This document shows positions 28,219 to 37,820 of a stretch of DNA of 64,000 nt, one piece after another. Every line of letters starts with the position of its first letter. Position 1 is the first letter of the stretch. The DNA is taken from assembly GCA_004524445.1 (NCBI GenBank), contig SDNP01000007.1, forward strand, positions 1-64,000, in the 5' to 3' direction. Below the pieces are notes generated by a model. That model was not told the origin of the DNA. It did not search any database and worked only from the letters and a program-made list of their open reading frames with translations. The position numbers and the translations under genes are program-made. The stretch is from Candidatus Thorarchaeota archaeon. Its GTDB lineage: Archaea > Asgardarchaeota > Thorarchaeia > Thorarchaeales > Thorarchaeaceae.

Positions 28219-28426
28219 ATTTACCATCCGTAGCATTGAAGAGGTGGAATTAATGTTGCGTTCACACAAGTCGCTGTACTAGCTCGCTAAAGTATCTCCC
28301 AGTGATATAAGCCGTGGGGATTTCCTTCTCCCCATGTATGTTCTATTTTGAGTAGCAAATAATTCCACAGATTAATGTGCAAGGAGAAAACTTTATCTCA
28401 TGCTCAAGAAGGGGAGCATCAGAGAT

Positions 28427-28504
28427 GCCCCAGTAGCTCAGACTGGTTAGATCGCATCCTTGGTAAGGATGAGGCCGCGGGTTCAAATCCCGCCTGGGGC
28501 TCCA
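28427..28504 (+). tRNA. tRNA-Thr(GGT), CCA encoded
   Basis: Acceptor GCCCCAG/CTGGGGC, anticodon arm CATCC-TTGGTAA-GGATG, T-loop TTCAAAT. Confidence 0.95.
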
Positions 28505-28508
28505 CTTC

Positions 28509-28880
28509 TCACTCAAATTTCATTCTACTATTCTTTCTTGCGATATCCTCTGTATCGATGCAGGTGTCCTGCTTAACTTTTTCCCCTTTCTTTACCCTTG
28601 ATAGGGCTCGGATTACCAGATAAGCACCAACAGCGGCAAGGCCCAAAATCCCAAGAATCAATCCAATAATGAATACGAGGACTTCCTGAACAGAATAGTA
28701 TCTTGAAGTAGCAATTAAGATGGTCAAGAGCGACATGGGGACCGTCAAAATACCGATGCCGGTTCTAAGTTCTGCCAAATGAGTCCTCCTCTCGGCCTCA
28801 AGAGTTCTGGCTATGGCTAGCTGAGTTCTAATATCTGATGCGGTGATAGAGCGTTGTGCCACAGCTTCTTCTTCGCTCAA
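28509..28880 (-). CDS. DUF202-like small membrane protein
   Basis: LAIARTLEAERRTHLAELRTG followed by two TM segments. Confidence 0.65.
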   Translation of the reverse strand: MSEEEAVAQRSITASDIRTQLAIARTLEAERRTHLAELRTGIGILTVPMSLLTILIATSRYYSVQEVLVFIIGLILGILGLAAVGAYLVIRALSRVKKGEKVKQDTCIDTEDIARKNSRMKFE

Positions 28881-28899
28881 CTAGGCACTCCCCAAAAAC

Positions 28900-29160
28900 T
28901 TACTCCTGCTGTTCCCCTTTCTTTGCCTTCAGCAGTCTTTTCGCTTTCTTCTCACCTACGAGGCTTCTAAGCTTTTTAATCGTGTCTGAATCGTCTTCTT
29001 TTTCCAACAGTTTCTCTACCTGCTTACGCACAGCAGGGGACAAGTCTCTTGCCAGCTTTTTTCTTCTCTCTTTTTCACTTAAGTCAAAATCATCTGGTCC
29101 AAGAAGACTCATTATTACCACAACTAATTCTGCATCAAAAGGTTTTATGGGTTTTCGCAT
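28900..29160 (-). CDS. Small basic hypothetical protein
   Basis: Helical, charged 86-aa ORF filling the gap; same strand as the downstream gene. Confidence 0.55.
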   Translation of the reverse strand: MRKPIKPFDAELVVVIMSLLGPDDFDLSEKERRKKLARDLSPAVRKQVEKLLEKEDDSDTIKKLRSLVGEKKAKRLLKAKKGEQQE

Positions 29161-29201
29161 TACTGAGTAATCCACAAAAGGGAATCATGGCATGAAAGTC
29201 T

Positions 29202-31556
29202 GTGGTCAAGTTGATGAAGAAAACTCTCGGTGATGTAAAAGAAATCACATCCCATGAAAACCACATTGAAATCCTTTGTGAGGGTGGAAGTGCAAGAGTC
29301 ACCATTGTCACCCCCAAAATCATCCGACTTCAGATGACTAAGAACGATGTATGTAGGCATTTTGATTCACATGCAATAAAAGGGCCACTCCCACATGGGA
29401 AATTCCTATTCGAAGAGGGCGTGGTCGCTAAAATAAAAACGGAAGAAGTCACGCTGGAAATCGAAAAAACACCTCTCAGTTTTAGAGTACTTGAAAAATC
29501 TGGTAAAGTCATTCACCAAGATGCTGAATCCGGGGGTGCACAGTGGACTGGCACATCATTCACATTGAAGAAACACATGAAAAAGAATGCTTGTTTCTAT
29601 GGAATGGGTGAGAAAGCACATGGCCTCAATAAGCGGGGCCTCCGTTATGTCATGTGGAATACCGATAACCCGGACTATGATTCTGGGTCCGACCCTCTGT
29701 ATCAGAGCATACCGTTCTTCATAGTACTAGACGATGGCATATCGCATGGTATCTTCTTAGACAACACCTACAAAACATGGTTCGATTTCGGACGTGCCAC
29801 AAATGACGAATATGCATTCGGTGCTCCCGATGGTCCAATAGATTACTACATAATCTACGGTCCTGCAATGCAGGATGTTGTCGAAGGGTACACAAGAATC
29901 ACAGGAAAACCACATTTCATTCCCAAATGGGCCCTCGGATATCAGCACTCACGTTGGATGGAATATGAATCTCACGAAGATATTCTGCAAATGGCACGAG
30001 GACTGAGGAAACACGAGATTCCATGTGACACAATAGTGTTAGATATCCTCTATATGGACCAGTTCAAGATATTCACTTGGGACACGGAAATATTCCCCAA
30101 ACCACAGGAACTAACAAGGCAGCTTTCCGAGATGGGTTTCAAGACTATGACCATAATTGATCCCGGTGTAAAGAAAGAGAACGGTTATTTTGTGTTTGAT
30201 GAAGGCGTTGAGAAGGATTATTTTCTGAAGAAAGAAGATGGTTCTCTATTTATCGGTCTTGTTTGGCCGGGTTTGACGGTGTTCCCTGCATTTTCACGAC
30301 CTGAAGTGAGAATATGGTTTGGGAATTTCTACCAGAAGCAGCCGAGGTGGGGCGTTAGTAGTAGCAGCTGGTTGGATATGAATGAGCCCAGTGTACATGA
30401 AGGCCTTCAGGGCGAATACTCTGTTTCGGAGGCTGTGACTCAGGATGGAACGCCTTGGGAACCACGCTTACGAAATGTCTACGGCCTTTGCATGGCTGAG
30501 GCCGCCTTCAATGGACTAAGAGAAGCGTATCCCGGAGAGAGGCCCTTTCTTCTGACTCGTTCGGGTTTTGCAGGTTATCAGAAATACTCTGCAACCTGGA
30601 CCGGTGACAACAAGTCCACATGGGAATATTTGCGTCTATCCATCCCTATGATTCTGAATCTGGGTTTATCTGGAGTTCCGTTCAGTGGTGCCGATATTGG
30701 TGGCTTTGGCGGAGATGTAAGTGGGGAGCTACTGACACGTTGGTACCAACTTGGTTCATTCTATCCATTCTCAAGAAATCATTCGCACATCGAAACAATC
30801 AGGCAAGAGCCCTGGCTTTTTAGTGACGAAACACTCCAAGTCGCTCAGAACTATATCTCGTTACGATACTACTTCCTGAGATATCTCTATTCTCTCGCTT
30901 GGCTGGCCTCAGAAACTGGAATGCCAATCATGAGGCCCTTAGTCTTGGAATTCCAAGATGACCAGAATACATATGACCTAGACACTGAATTTCTTGTCGG
31001 TCCGTTTCTATTAATTGCTCCCATACTGGAGGAAGGAGAATCTCAACGGAGCGTCTATCTACCGGAGGGCGTCTGGTTTGATTATTGGACTGGCGTTAGG
31101 CACGAAGGGCCAGCTTCAGTTGAAGTCATTGCACCGATTGATACTATGCCAATGTACTGCCGAGGAGGGTCGGTCTTTCCAACTGGTGAAGTAATGCAAA
31201 ACTCACAGGATTTCCAATCTGATATTATACTATTAATCTACCCTGATGGAACTGGAAGCTTTATTCTTTACGAAGATGATGGTATCTCAGATGAAGGCCC
31301 ATATGCAAAAACTAGGATACAGGTTAACTCAGATAGAAACACGGTAAAGGTTACAGTGGATGAGAGGAAGGGGACATGGAATTCTCCAGCAGAGAATTTG
31401 GTTTTCGAAGTCAACGGATTAACCAATTCCCCGAAAAAGGTAATAATAGATGAGAAGGAACTGGAAGTATCAAAGGCATACCACGCGGATATGAATCTAT
31501 GTCGCGTCGAAACAATCAACGATGGTCATAAGCACGAACTGCTCATCGAAAGGTAG
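29202..31556 (+). CDS. Glycoside hydrolase family 31 (alpha-glucosidase/xylosidase)
   Basis: YGMGEK, PKWALGY, IIDPG, nucleophile WLDMNEP, acid/base WTGDN, GADIGGF, YEDDG. Confidence 0.95.
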   Translation: MVKLMKKTLGDVKEITSHENHIEILCEGGSARVTIVTPKIIRLQMTKNDVCRHFDSHAIKGPLPHGKFLFEEGVVAKIKTEEVTLEIEKTPLSFRVLEKSGKVIHQDAESGGAQWTGTSFTLKKHMKKNACFYGMGEKAHGLNKRGLRYVMWNTDNPDYDSGSDPLYQSIPFFIVLDDGISHGIFLDNTYKTWFDFGRATNDEYAFGAPDGPIDYYIIYGPAMQDVVEGYTRITGKPHFIPKWALGYQHSRWMEYESHEDILQMARGLRKHEIPCDTIVLDILYMDQFKIFTWDTEIFPKPQELTRQLSEMGFKTMTIIDPGVKKENGYFVFDEGVEKDYFLKKEDGSLFIGLVWPGLTVFPAFSRPEVRIWFGNFYQKQPRWGVSSSSWLDMNEPSVHEGLQGEYSVSEAVTQDGTPWEPRLRNVYGLCMAEAAFNGLREAYPGERPFLLTRSGFAGYQKYSATWTGDNKSTWEYLRLSIPMILNLGLSGVPFSGADIGGFGGDVSGELLTRWYQLGSFYPFSRNHSHIETIRQEPWLFSDETLQVAQNYISLRYYFLRYLYSLAWLASETGMPIMRPLVLEFQDDQNTYDLDTEFLVGPFLLIAPILEEGESQRSVYLPEGVWFDYWTGVRHEGPASVEVIAPIDTMPMYCRGGSVFPTGEVMQNSQDFQSDIILLIYPDGTGSFILYEDDGISDEGPYAKTRIQVNSDRNTVKVTVDERKGTWNSPAENLVFEVNGLTNSPKKVIIDEKELEVSKAYHADMNLCRVETINDGHKHELLIER

Positions 31557-31608
31557 AGTTCTACTCCGCTAGTCTTATAACGTGAGATTAAGGAAACCGA
31601 GATTACAT

Positions 31609-31685
31609 GGGTCGGTGGTCTAGCTTGGCATGATTCTTGGTTTGGGTCCAAGGGATCGGGCGTTCAAATCGCCTCCGGCCCACCA
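31609..31685 (+). tRNA. tRNA-Pro(TGG), CCA encoded
   Basis: Acceptor GGGTCGG/CCGGCCC, anticodon arm CTTGG-TTTGGGT-CCAAG, T-loop TTCAAAT. Confidence 0.95.
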
Positions 31686-31804
31686 TTTTTCAGTTCTACA
31701 GGTCACTCCTGGATGTCATATCTCTCTCAGTTTCACATTAATGCCAATAATTATTCGACAAAAGACGTAATCCTTATCTAATACTCCCTTCTCACTGTGA
31801 TAAC

Positions 31805-32530
31805 ATGTCTATTCAGGCGTCTGTCAGAGAAAGACTTGCTCGTCGCATCGCGGGCGAAATTGCCATTTCAGACCAACCCGGTCAAACAATGCGAATGTGG
31901 CGAGAGCGCTTTCGGCTTCCTCAAATAGAACTGGCTGATTATATCGGAATTAGTCCAAGCGTAATTAGTGACTACGAGTCCGGTAGACGGAAATCTCCTG
32001 GAACAGCAACAATACGTCGCTTTGTAATGGCATTACTGGCTCTCGATGAAAAACATGGCGGCCAAGTAATATCGGCTTTTGTGAGATTGATGGATGTCAG
32101 TCTTGTGGATCTAAATATTGTATTGGCAATGAGTGATTTCACGGAGAGCATGACGGCGAAGGAGTTTTGTAATCGCCTGAAATGCGATATTGAAGCAGGG
32201 AAGGAGCATCTTGACAAAGAAATCTTTGGTTATACTCTGGTGGACGTTGAACGAGCTGTAAAAGAACTGGACAGCGATGCTTTCCTCAAGCTATTCGGAG
32301 CTACTACTGAACGATGCTTAATCTTCACTAGAGTCAATACAGGGCGTGCTCCAATGATTGCAATAAAGTCGCAAGAATTCAAGCCTACCTTAGTAGTCTT
32401 GCATGGAGTAGAAAAAGTTGACCAACTTGCTTTGGACTTGTCTGAACAAATGAACATTCCACTCGCAGTCAGTAAAATCAGTTCGATAGATGGTCTCACA
32501 CGAGAACTGCACTCGATAGAACCAGATTAG
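31805..32530 (+). CDS. Conserved archaeal XRE-type HTH transcription regulator
   Basis: RIAGEI, SPSVISDYESGRRKSPG, FTRVNTGRAPMIAI. Confidence 0.85.
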   Translation: MSIQASVRERLARRIAGEIAISDQPGQTMRMWRERFRLPQIELADYIGISPSVISDYESGRRKSPGTATIRRFVMALLALDEKHGGQVISAFVRLMDVSLVDLNIVLAMSDFTESMTAKEFCNRLKCDIEAGKEHLDKEIFGYTLVDVERAVKELDSDAFLKLFGATTERCLIFTRVNTGRAPMIAIKSQEFKPTLVVLHGVEKVDQLALDLSEQMNIPLAVSKISSIDGLTRELHSIEPD

Positions 32531-33441
32531 CCTAACATCATGCTGAGAATGGCCATTCTGGTGACAACACCACTATACACTTGTTCAAAGTACTTAGCCT
32601 GAGGTGTTGAATCCACTTCTGCACTGAGTTCATCAACTCTCGGCAAGGGATGAAGAATAACGGCATCCTTACGCATAAGTGAAACATCTTCCAAACCAAT
32701 CCTGAACTTTCCCTTTACAGCCTCATATTCTCTAATATCTGGAAAACGTTCTTTCTGAATGCGAGTCATATAAACAACATCCACACCCTGTACTGCAGCC
32801 TCAATCGAGGCCACCTCTTCTACCTCAATACCTTTTGCTATCATTTCTTCAATTATGGCCGGTTTCATTCTGAGTGCGTCTGGTGCAGCCAGCTTGATAC
32901 TAACATCATAGTTGGACAATCCCATCCCCAGTGAGTGAACAGTTCTTCCGTACCTAAGGTCACCACATAGCGAAATCCGTAGACCGTCGATACCTCCTTT
33001 GAATTTATTAATTGAGTAGAGATCGAGTAATGCCTGAGTTGGGTGCTCTTCCGACCCGCTTCCCGCATTTATTACTGGGATACTGGAGAATTCCGAGGCT
33101 ACTCTCGCTGAACCATCTAAAGGGTGCCGAATCACTATCACATCAGCATATTTTTCGACAGTTCTAATCGTATCAGCTAAAGTTTCTCCCTTGCCCCCTG
33201 CACTTGATGAAATGACATCAGCAAAGCCTAGTACTCCTCCTCCCAGTCTAATCATGGCGCTTTCGAAGGATAATCGTGTTCGTGTAGATGCCTCAAAAAA
33301 TAAGCATGCCATTATTTTTCCTTTCAAGTCGTCGCTTCTCTCTTTTGCGACTGCTTCCATCTCTGTTGCTTTCCCCAGTATCCGGTCAATACCATCTCGG
33401 TCAAGGTCTTGTATGCTGATTAGGTCATTGAGCGGTTTCAT
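32527..33441 (-). CDS. pyrB: Aspartate carbamoyltransferase catalytic subunit
   Basis: FFEASTRTRLSF, HPTQALLD, YMTRIQKERF, HPLPR. Confidence 0.97.
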   Translation of the reverse strand: MKPLNDLISIQDLDRDGIDRILGKATEMEAVAKERSDDLKGKIMACLFFEASTRTRLSFESAMIRLGGGVLGFADVISSSAGGKGETLADTIRTVEKYADVIVIRHPLDGSARVASEFSSIPVINAGSGSEEHPTQALLDLYSINKFKGGIDGLRISLCGDLRYGRTVHSLGMGLSNYDVSIKLAAPDALRMKPAIIEEMIAKGIEVEEVASIEAAVQGVDVVYMTRIQKERFPDIREYEAVKGKFRIGLEDVSLMRKDAVILHPLPRVDELSAEVDSTPQAKYFEQVYSGVVTRMAILSMMLG

Positions 33442-33524
33442 TTCTTATGTTCTCCAATTGACTAAGACGGGCGGAATCTTCAGTTCCTCTTTAACCTTTC
33501 CAGTAAGCTAGGCTACCTGACAAA

Positions 33525-34007
33525 TTATTGATCAATGCCATGCTGTCGTTCCATGTCTATTTTTCGAATTTTCAGATTGGACTGTTGTACAAGTTCAAGA
33601 GCTAAGTCATCAGGATACCCTTCGATGTAAATGACTTCCTTGATGCCTGCGTTGATTATCATTTTTGTACAGATACTGCAGGGGAGTGTGGTGCAATACA
33701 TCTTAGCCCCTTTCACACTTACTCCATGATATGCTGCTTGGATAATTGCGTTTTGTTCTGCGTGTAAACCTCTACAAAGTTCATGTCTTTCTCCTGATTT
33801 TATTCCTGATTTTTCTCTTAAGCAGCCACCAATTTCTTCACAGTGAGGCAGACCCTTTGGAGCACCATTGTAACCGGTGGATAGAATTTGAGCATCCTTC
33901 ACTATCACCGCTCCAACATGGTTCCGCAGACATGTGCTTCTAGTACTAACTAAATCTGCAATCTCAGCGAAGTATACATCCTTGCTCTTCCTAGCCATCT
34001 CAACCAC
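33525..34007 (-). CDS. dCMP deaminase family protein
   Basis: STGYNG, HAEQNA, PCSIC zinc motif. Confidence 0.92.
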   Translation of the reverse strand: MVEMARKSKDVYFAEIADLVSTRSTCLRNHVGAVIVKDAQILSTGYNGAPKGLPHCEEIGGCLREKSGIKSGERHELCRGLHAEQNAIIQAAYHGVSVKGAKMYCTTLPCSICTKMIINAGIKEVIYIEGYPDDLALELVQQSNLKIRKIDMERQHGIDQ

Positions 34008-34152
34008 ATCTCCGTCGAGTGTTATGGCGCTCTAAGACTTACCATCTTATGAAGTTCCCCCTAGATGGACGTGACACAGAGGAAAGGTAAAAAGTGGACA
34101 TCATGTGAACGTAGTAACAAGAATCGTGTATGATACGGAAGTTAGTTGGACC

Positions 34153-34506
34153 ATGAGACAGAAGAAAGGGAAAGTCATAATTTGGCCAGAATACCTGGAT
34201 TCAGAACTGTCTAGGTCAGAAGGAAGACGAATTCCAAAGAACCTCGGAGCACCTGATGTGGATCTGAAGATTCTGAGAGAAGGGGCAGCTCTTGCTAATC
34301 TTGACGCCCAGGTAGAAACTGGGAAAACATATCCACGAGGTCACGAAGAACGTGGTGGCTACTTGATTGTGGAAAACCCAGATAGCCACAAAAAAGGACG
34401 CCTTCTTTTGATGCTGGCAAAAGGAGTCCGTCGTGCAGTAGCCGAACGGATTAAGGCCAAGAAAGAATCAGCAAAAGGCAAGGGTAGGCGTAGACGAAGA
34501 AGATAG
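34153..34506 (+). CDS. srp19: Signal recognition particle 19 kDa protein
   Basis: IIWPEYLDSELSRSEGRRIPK, KTYPR. Confidence 0.9.
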   Translation: MRQKKGKVIIWPEYLDSELSRSEGRRIPKNLGAPDVDLKILREGAALANLDAQVETGKTYPRGHEERGGYLIVENPDSHKKGRLLLMLAKGVRRAVAERIKAKKESAKGKGRRRRRR

Positions 34507-34508
34507 TT

Positions 34509-34787
34509 TTGGCAGAAGTGATTCCCATGCGACGTTTAGGAAAAGTTCTACATATCAGCAAACGAGGCTCGATTATTGTTCGAACAAACCAAACTCCGCC
34601 TATGAAGGCAAATGTCGTAAACAAAAGGTCAGAGAATATAGGCATTGTTAAAGATGTGTTTGGGCCGGTTAACGAACCCTATGTCACAGTGCAGCCGAGA
34701 AAAAACATGGAAAATCCAGAGGGGCTTGTTGGTCAGATGCTCTACCTCTATAAGAAGAGAAATCATCGCAGAAACCAATCCATGTAA
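34509..34787 (+). CDS. gar1: H/ACA RNP protein Gar1
   Basis: LGKVLH...IGIVKDVFGPVNEPYV. Confidence 0.9.
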   Translation: MAEVIPMRRLGKVLHISKRGSIIVRTNQTPPMKANVVNKRSENIGIVKDVFGPVNEPYVTVQPRKNMENPEGLVGQMLYLYKKRNHRRNQSM

Positions 34788-34895
34788 GAAGTTTAATGTT
34801 CATTTATGTACATTCGTGTTACCTCTTTAACATAATTTAAAGGGTATCTTCCGTAAGTATTAATTTGGTCCATGTCATCCTGTAGCTGTTGACAT

Positions 34896-35270
34896 GTGTC
34901 TACTTCAAAGGTCATGAAAATGGGAGGCATAGTCGACGAAGTGATTCACGCTTTCCGCGTTATAGGTCGTCGAGGTCTTACCGTCGAACAGTTGACTAAG
35001 CAATTGGATTCCGACACTAATGAAATAGCATCAACAATAAAACAATTGATAACGGAGAAACGTATTATGGAAAAAGCTGAATCGAAGGAGGCTAGATACT
35101 TCCTGAGAACACTTATGGATAACGAACAAGGCCAAGGCGGCATTGGCGACCTCGATGGGTGTCCCTGTTTCCACTGCCTCAAGATTGGTAAATGTGGAAT
35201 ACGACAACCAGACTCGCCAGTTGCCTGCCGCGAATTAGATCAGTGGATGGAGAGCTCAGATTCTAACTAG
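34896..35270 (+). CDS. RPC34/TFE-beta-like protein (wHTH plus C-terminal Fe-S cysteine cluster)
   Basis: N-terminal wHTH and CPCFHC...CG...SPVAC..LDQWM motif; start may be 34914 or 34920. Confidence 0.75.
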   Translation: MSTSKVMKMGGIVDEVIHAFRVIGRRGLTVEQLTKQLDSDTNEIASTIKQLITEKRIMEKAESKEARYFLRTLMDNEQGQGGIGDLDGCPCFHCLKIGKCGIRQPDSPVACRELDQWMESSDSN

Positions 35271-35290
35271 TATACAGTCTATGGGATGGT

Positions 35291-35878
35291 CTAATTCTTT
35301 TTCGGACCAATAGCGAGAAGATAAATCTCGGCACTTGTTTTCCTCGAGGCATCGGGCTTCACAAGTTTAACTGAATTATAAGATTTCCTAGTTGCCGTCA
35401 TAAACTCTCTAAACCCTCGCCCCTCAAAGACCTTAGTCAAGACCTTTCCATTTTTTTCCAAGAGCTTATGTCCTATTTCGAGCGTAATTCTCGCCAAGTC
35501 AAGTTGCCTTGCCACATCAATATCCCAGTGACCCGAAACATTCGGAGAACAATCCGATAAGATAAGGTCTGCGGAGCCCCTAGTGAGTTGTTCAATCTTT
35601 TCGAGAGTGGTGTCCTCAGTTATATCTCCTTTAACAAATTTCACTCCTGGTAGAGGTGCCATTGGATTGATGTCTACGGCTACTATTTCCATAGTCCGAT
35701 CCTTCTCACGCAAAACCTGCGTCCACCCCCCAGGGCTGCTACACAGTTCTACAACCACATTAACCCCCTCTAGCAACTTGTACTTTCTAATCATTTGCTT
35801 GAGTTTAAATGCTGATCTTGCCCGGTATCCTTGTTTCTTAGCCTGTCTGTAATATTGGTCCTTTCTCGGTCTAGGCAT
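35291..35878 (-). CDS. rlmE: 23S rRNA 2'-O-methyltransferase RlmE/FtsJ
   Basis: GYRARSAFKL, SSPGGW, SDCSP, KPDASRKTSAEIY. Confidence 0.93.
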   Translation of the reverse strand: MPRPRKDQYYRQAKKQGYRARSAFKLKQMIRKYKLLEGVNVVVELCSSPGGWTQVLREKDRTMEIVAVDINPMAPLPGVKFVKGDITEDTTLEKIEQLTRGSADLILSDCSPNVSGHWDIDVARQLDLARITLEIGHKLLEKNGKVLTKVFEGRGFREFMTATRKSYNSVKLVKPDASRKTSAEIYLLAIGPKKN

Positions 35879-35882
35879 TTTC

Positions 35883-37103
35883 TCATCTCTCTCCTAGAAT
35901 GCTTTTTATAACCTTCACGACTTCTTTCACGGTGGCATTGGTTCTAATGGCTGTAGGTTTGAAATGTGACCTGACACACTTGTAGCCCCTTTCTTCGAGG
36001 GATTTGATTACATCGTCTTGCTTAGGTGGGGGCCAGGAATAGATATCACACATTTGATGTATATCTAAATAGAACTCCTGTATTGATGATTCTTGCGTGA
36101 TGAGATTCAACATCAGTTTAGTCCTCCTACTAATTGAATTCTTATGCTCCTCCATAGTTTCCGCTGTTTGCGTAACAAACTCCGGGTCCTGGATGGAGCC
36201 AATCCACATTGGTCCTGCAACCTCAACTTTGTCGGGGCAGCCGGATCTAATATGCCGGAACTCTGAAGCTCTCTTCAATGCTAGAAGAGGTATTACATCC
36301 CATGCCATGCAATGCCTGCAATACCTTACTAATCCGATTCTTTCTGAATCTTGATTCCCCTCGCTTTTGCTAGCCTTTGTTTCTATCCATACTCGGATGT
36401 AGTGGTCTGTACTGAGAGATAGTATTGGTGATATCGAGAAGTCATTCATTCCCGCGACGGAGAATGCGCTACCAATTACCAGTCTAAGAGCTAACTCGTG
36501 TACAAATGGTGCCCTAATTGATATCCCGCCATACTTCCTTAGTGCTACTCTGGGATATACTCCACAAAGTGCTGGCATATCGGTAGCAGTAATACCAATG
36601 AGCCCTCTGCGGGGGTTAATCCCTTGAATGGCTGCATTGAGGAACGGATTTGGGTTGCCAAACGGGTCAATATCTATGAAATCAAAACGCTTGCCCCTAC
36701 TCTCTGTGAGAAGAAGAATTCTTGCATCCCCTAAGATGACCTGTGCCCTTTCATCAAATCCATTTGATGCTACATTTCTCTCTGCAATCTCTACGGCTTC
36801 TGAATTGGTATCAAACATGACGGAGTGAAAATCACCCTTTACTTCATTCAAATAACGGAGGCTTCTAATGCCTGAGCCTGTGAGCGGCTCGCAAATTAGA
36901 TCCACCTGGTTGGTTTTGCAGTATGTGTCAAGAACTAGGACCGACAGGTCTCTATTGATTCTCATTCGTGGATTGTAAAACACTGGCATATCTGAAGTGG
37001 GTTGCCCCTTCTTTGAACTATAATGGTCTACATCTGCACTCAGGAAAGTCGTCTTTCCCTCTTGATATTCCTTCAGAACGGTCATGAAACAAGATGAACT
37101 CAA
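35883..37103 (-). CDS. trm1: tRNA (guanine26-N2)-dimethyltransferase
   Basis: VFYNPRMRINRD, GSGIRSLRY, DIDPFG, TATD, DHYIRV; start may be 37085. Confidence 0.95.
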   Translation of the reverse strand: MSSSCFMTVLKEYQEGKTTFLSADVDHYSSKKGQPTSDMPVFYNPRMRINRDLSVLVLDTYCKTNQVDLICEPLTGSGIRSLRYLNEVKGDFHSVMFDTNSEAVEIAERNVASNGFDERAQVILGDARILLLTESRGKRFDFIDIDPFGNPNPFLNAAIQGINPRRGLIGITATDMPALCGVYPRVALRKYGGISIRAPFVHELALRLVIGSAFSVAGMNDFSISPILSLSTDHYIRVWIETKASKSEGNQDSERIGLVRYCRHCMAWDVIPLLALKRASEFRHIRSGCPDKVEVAGPMWIGSIQDPEFVTQTAETMEEHKNSISRRTKLMLNLITQESSIQEFYLDIHQMCDIYSWPPPKQDDVIKSLEERGYKCVRSHFKPTAIRTNATVKEVVKVIKSILGER

Positions 37104-37208
37104 TATTCACTCTAATAAGGCAATAGGCTCGGCCTATACCAGCATAGCATAACCTCTAAGTGGGAATCATTATGTGTGCTGGATATGCTTGGGATTGTTG
37201 GTCCCTAG

Positions 37209-37697
37209 TTGGTGATAATGATGACAACGAAAGTGAAAATCGAAACGAAATACGGGGCTATAATTGCAGAGCTATGGGCTGATGAAGCTATGAATACTGT
37301 GAAGAATTTTGTATCTCTTGCACAGAGCGGATATTATGATAATCTCACTTTTCATCGTGTTGTTGATAATTTTGTTGTACAAGGTGGCGACCCTCAAGGA
37401 ACTGGAACCGGCGGACCTGGGTATAGGATTCCATGTGAAACAAAAGGCGAAAACCAAGTTCACGTTGATGGGGCATTCTCTATGGCCCATGCGGGGCAAG
37501 ATACCGGTGGTAGTCAGTTCTTTATCGTTCTGAATTCGGACAATTGTAGCCATCTTGATGGCAGACACACTGTATTTGGCAAGACTATTGAAGGAATGGA
37601 TGTAGTTAGGAAAATTAAACAAGGTGACAAGATGCTCAAAGTGGAAGTCTTAGAGATTGACCCAACCATTGAAGCGCATGAGCTCCAAAAACTATGA
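37209..37697 (+). CDS. Cyclophilin-type peptidyl-prolyl isomerase
   Basis: FHRVVDNFVVQGGDP, SMAHAG, GSQFFI, HLDGRHTVFG. Confidence 0.95.
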   Translation: MVIMMTTKVKIETKYGAIIAELWADEAMNTVKNFVSLAQSGYYDNLTFHRVVDNFVVQGGDPQGTGTGGPGYRIPCETKGENQVHVDGAFSMAHAGQDTGGSQFFIVLNSDNCSHLDGRHTVFGKTIEGMDVVRKIKQGDKMLKVEVLEIDPTIEAHELQKL

Positions 37698-37820
37698 CTG
37701 GATGAATCATCTTTGAGTGGATAATATTTCTAAGGCGGTACATAATACTCTGCAGATAGGGTGTCTAGGAAAAACGATATATAGCAGGCTATTTGGCATC
37801 GAGTTAAAGAGGCCAAATAA

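Noticed and set aside
28375-28623. 82-aa ORF
   Set aside because: It overlaps tRNA-Thr and the antisense DUF202-like gene.
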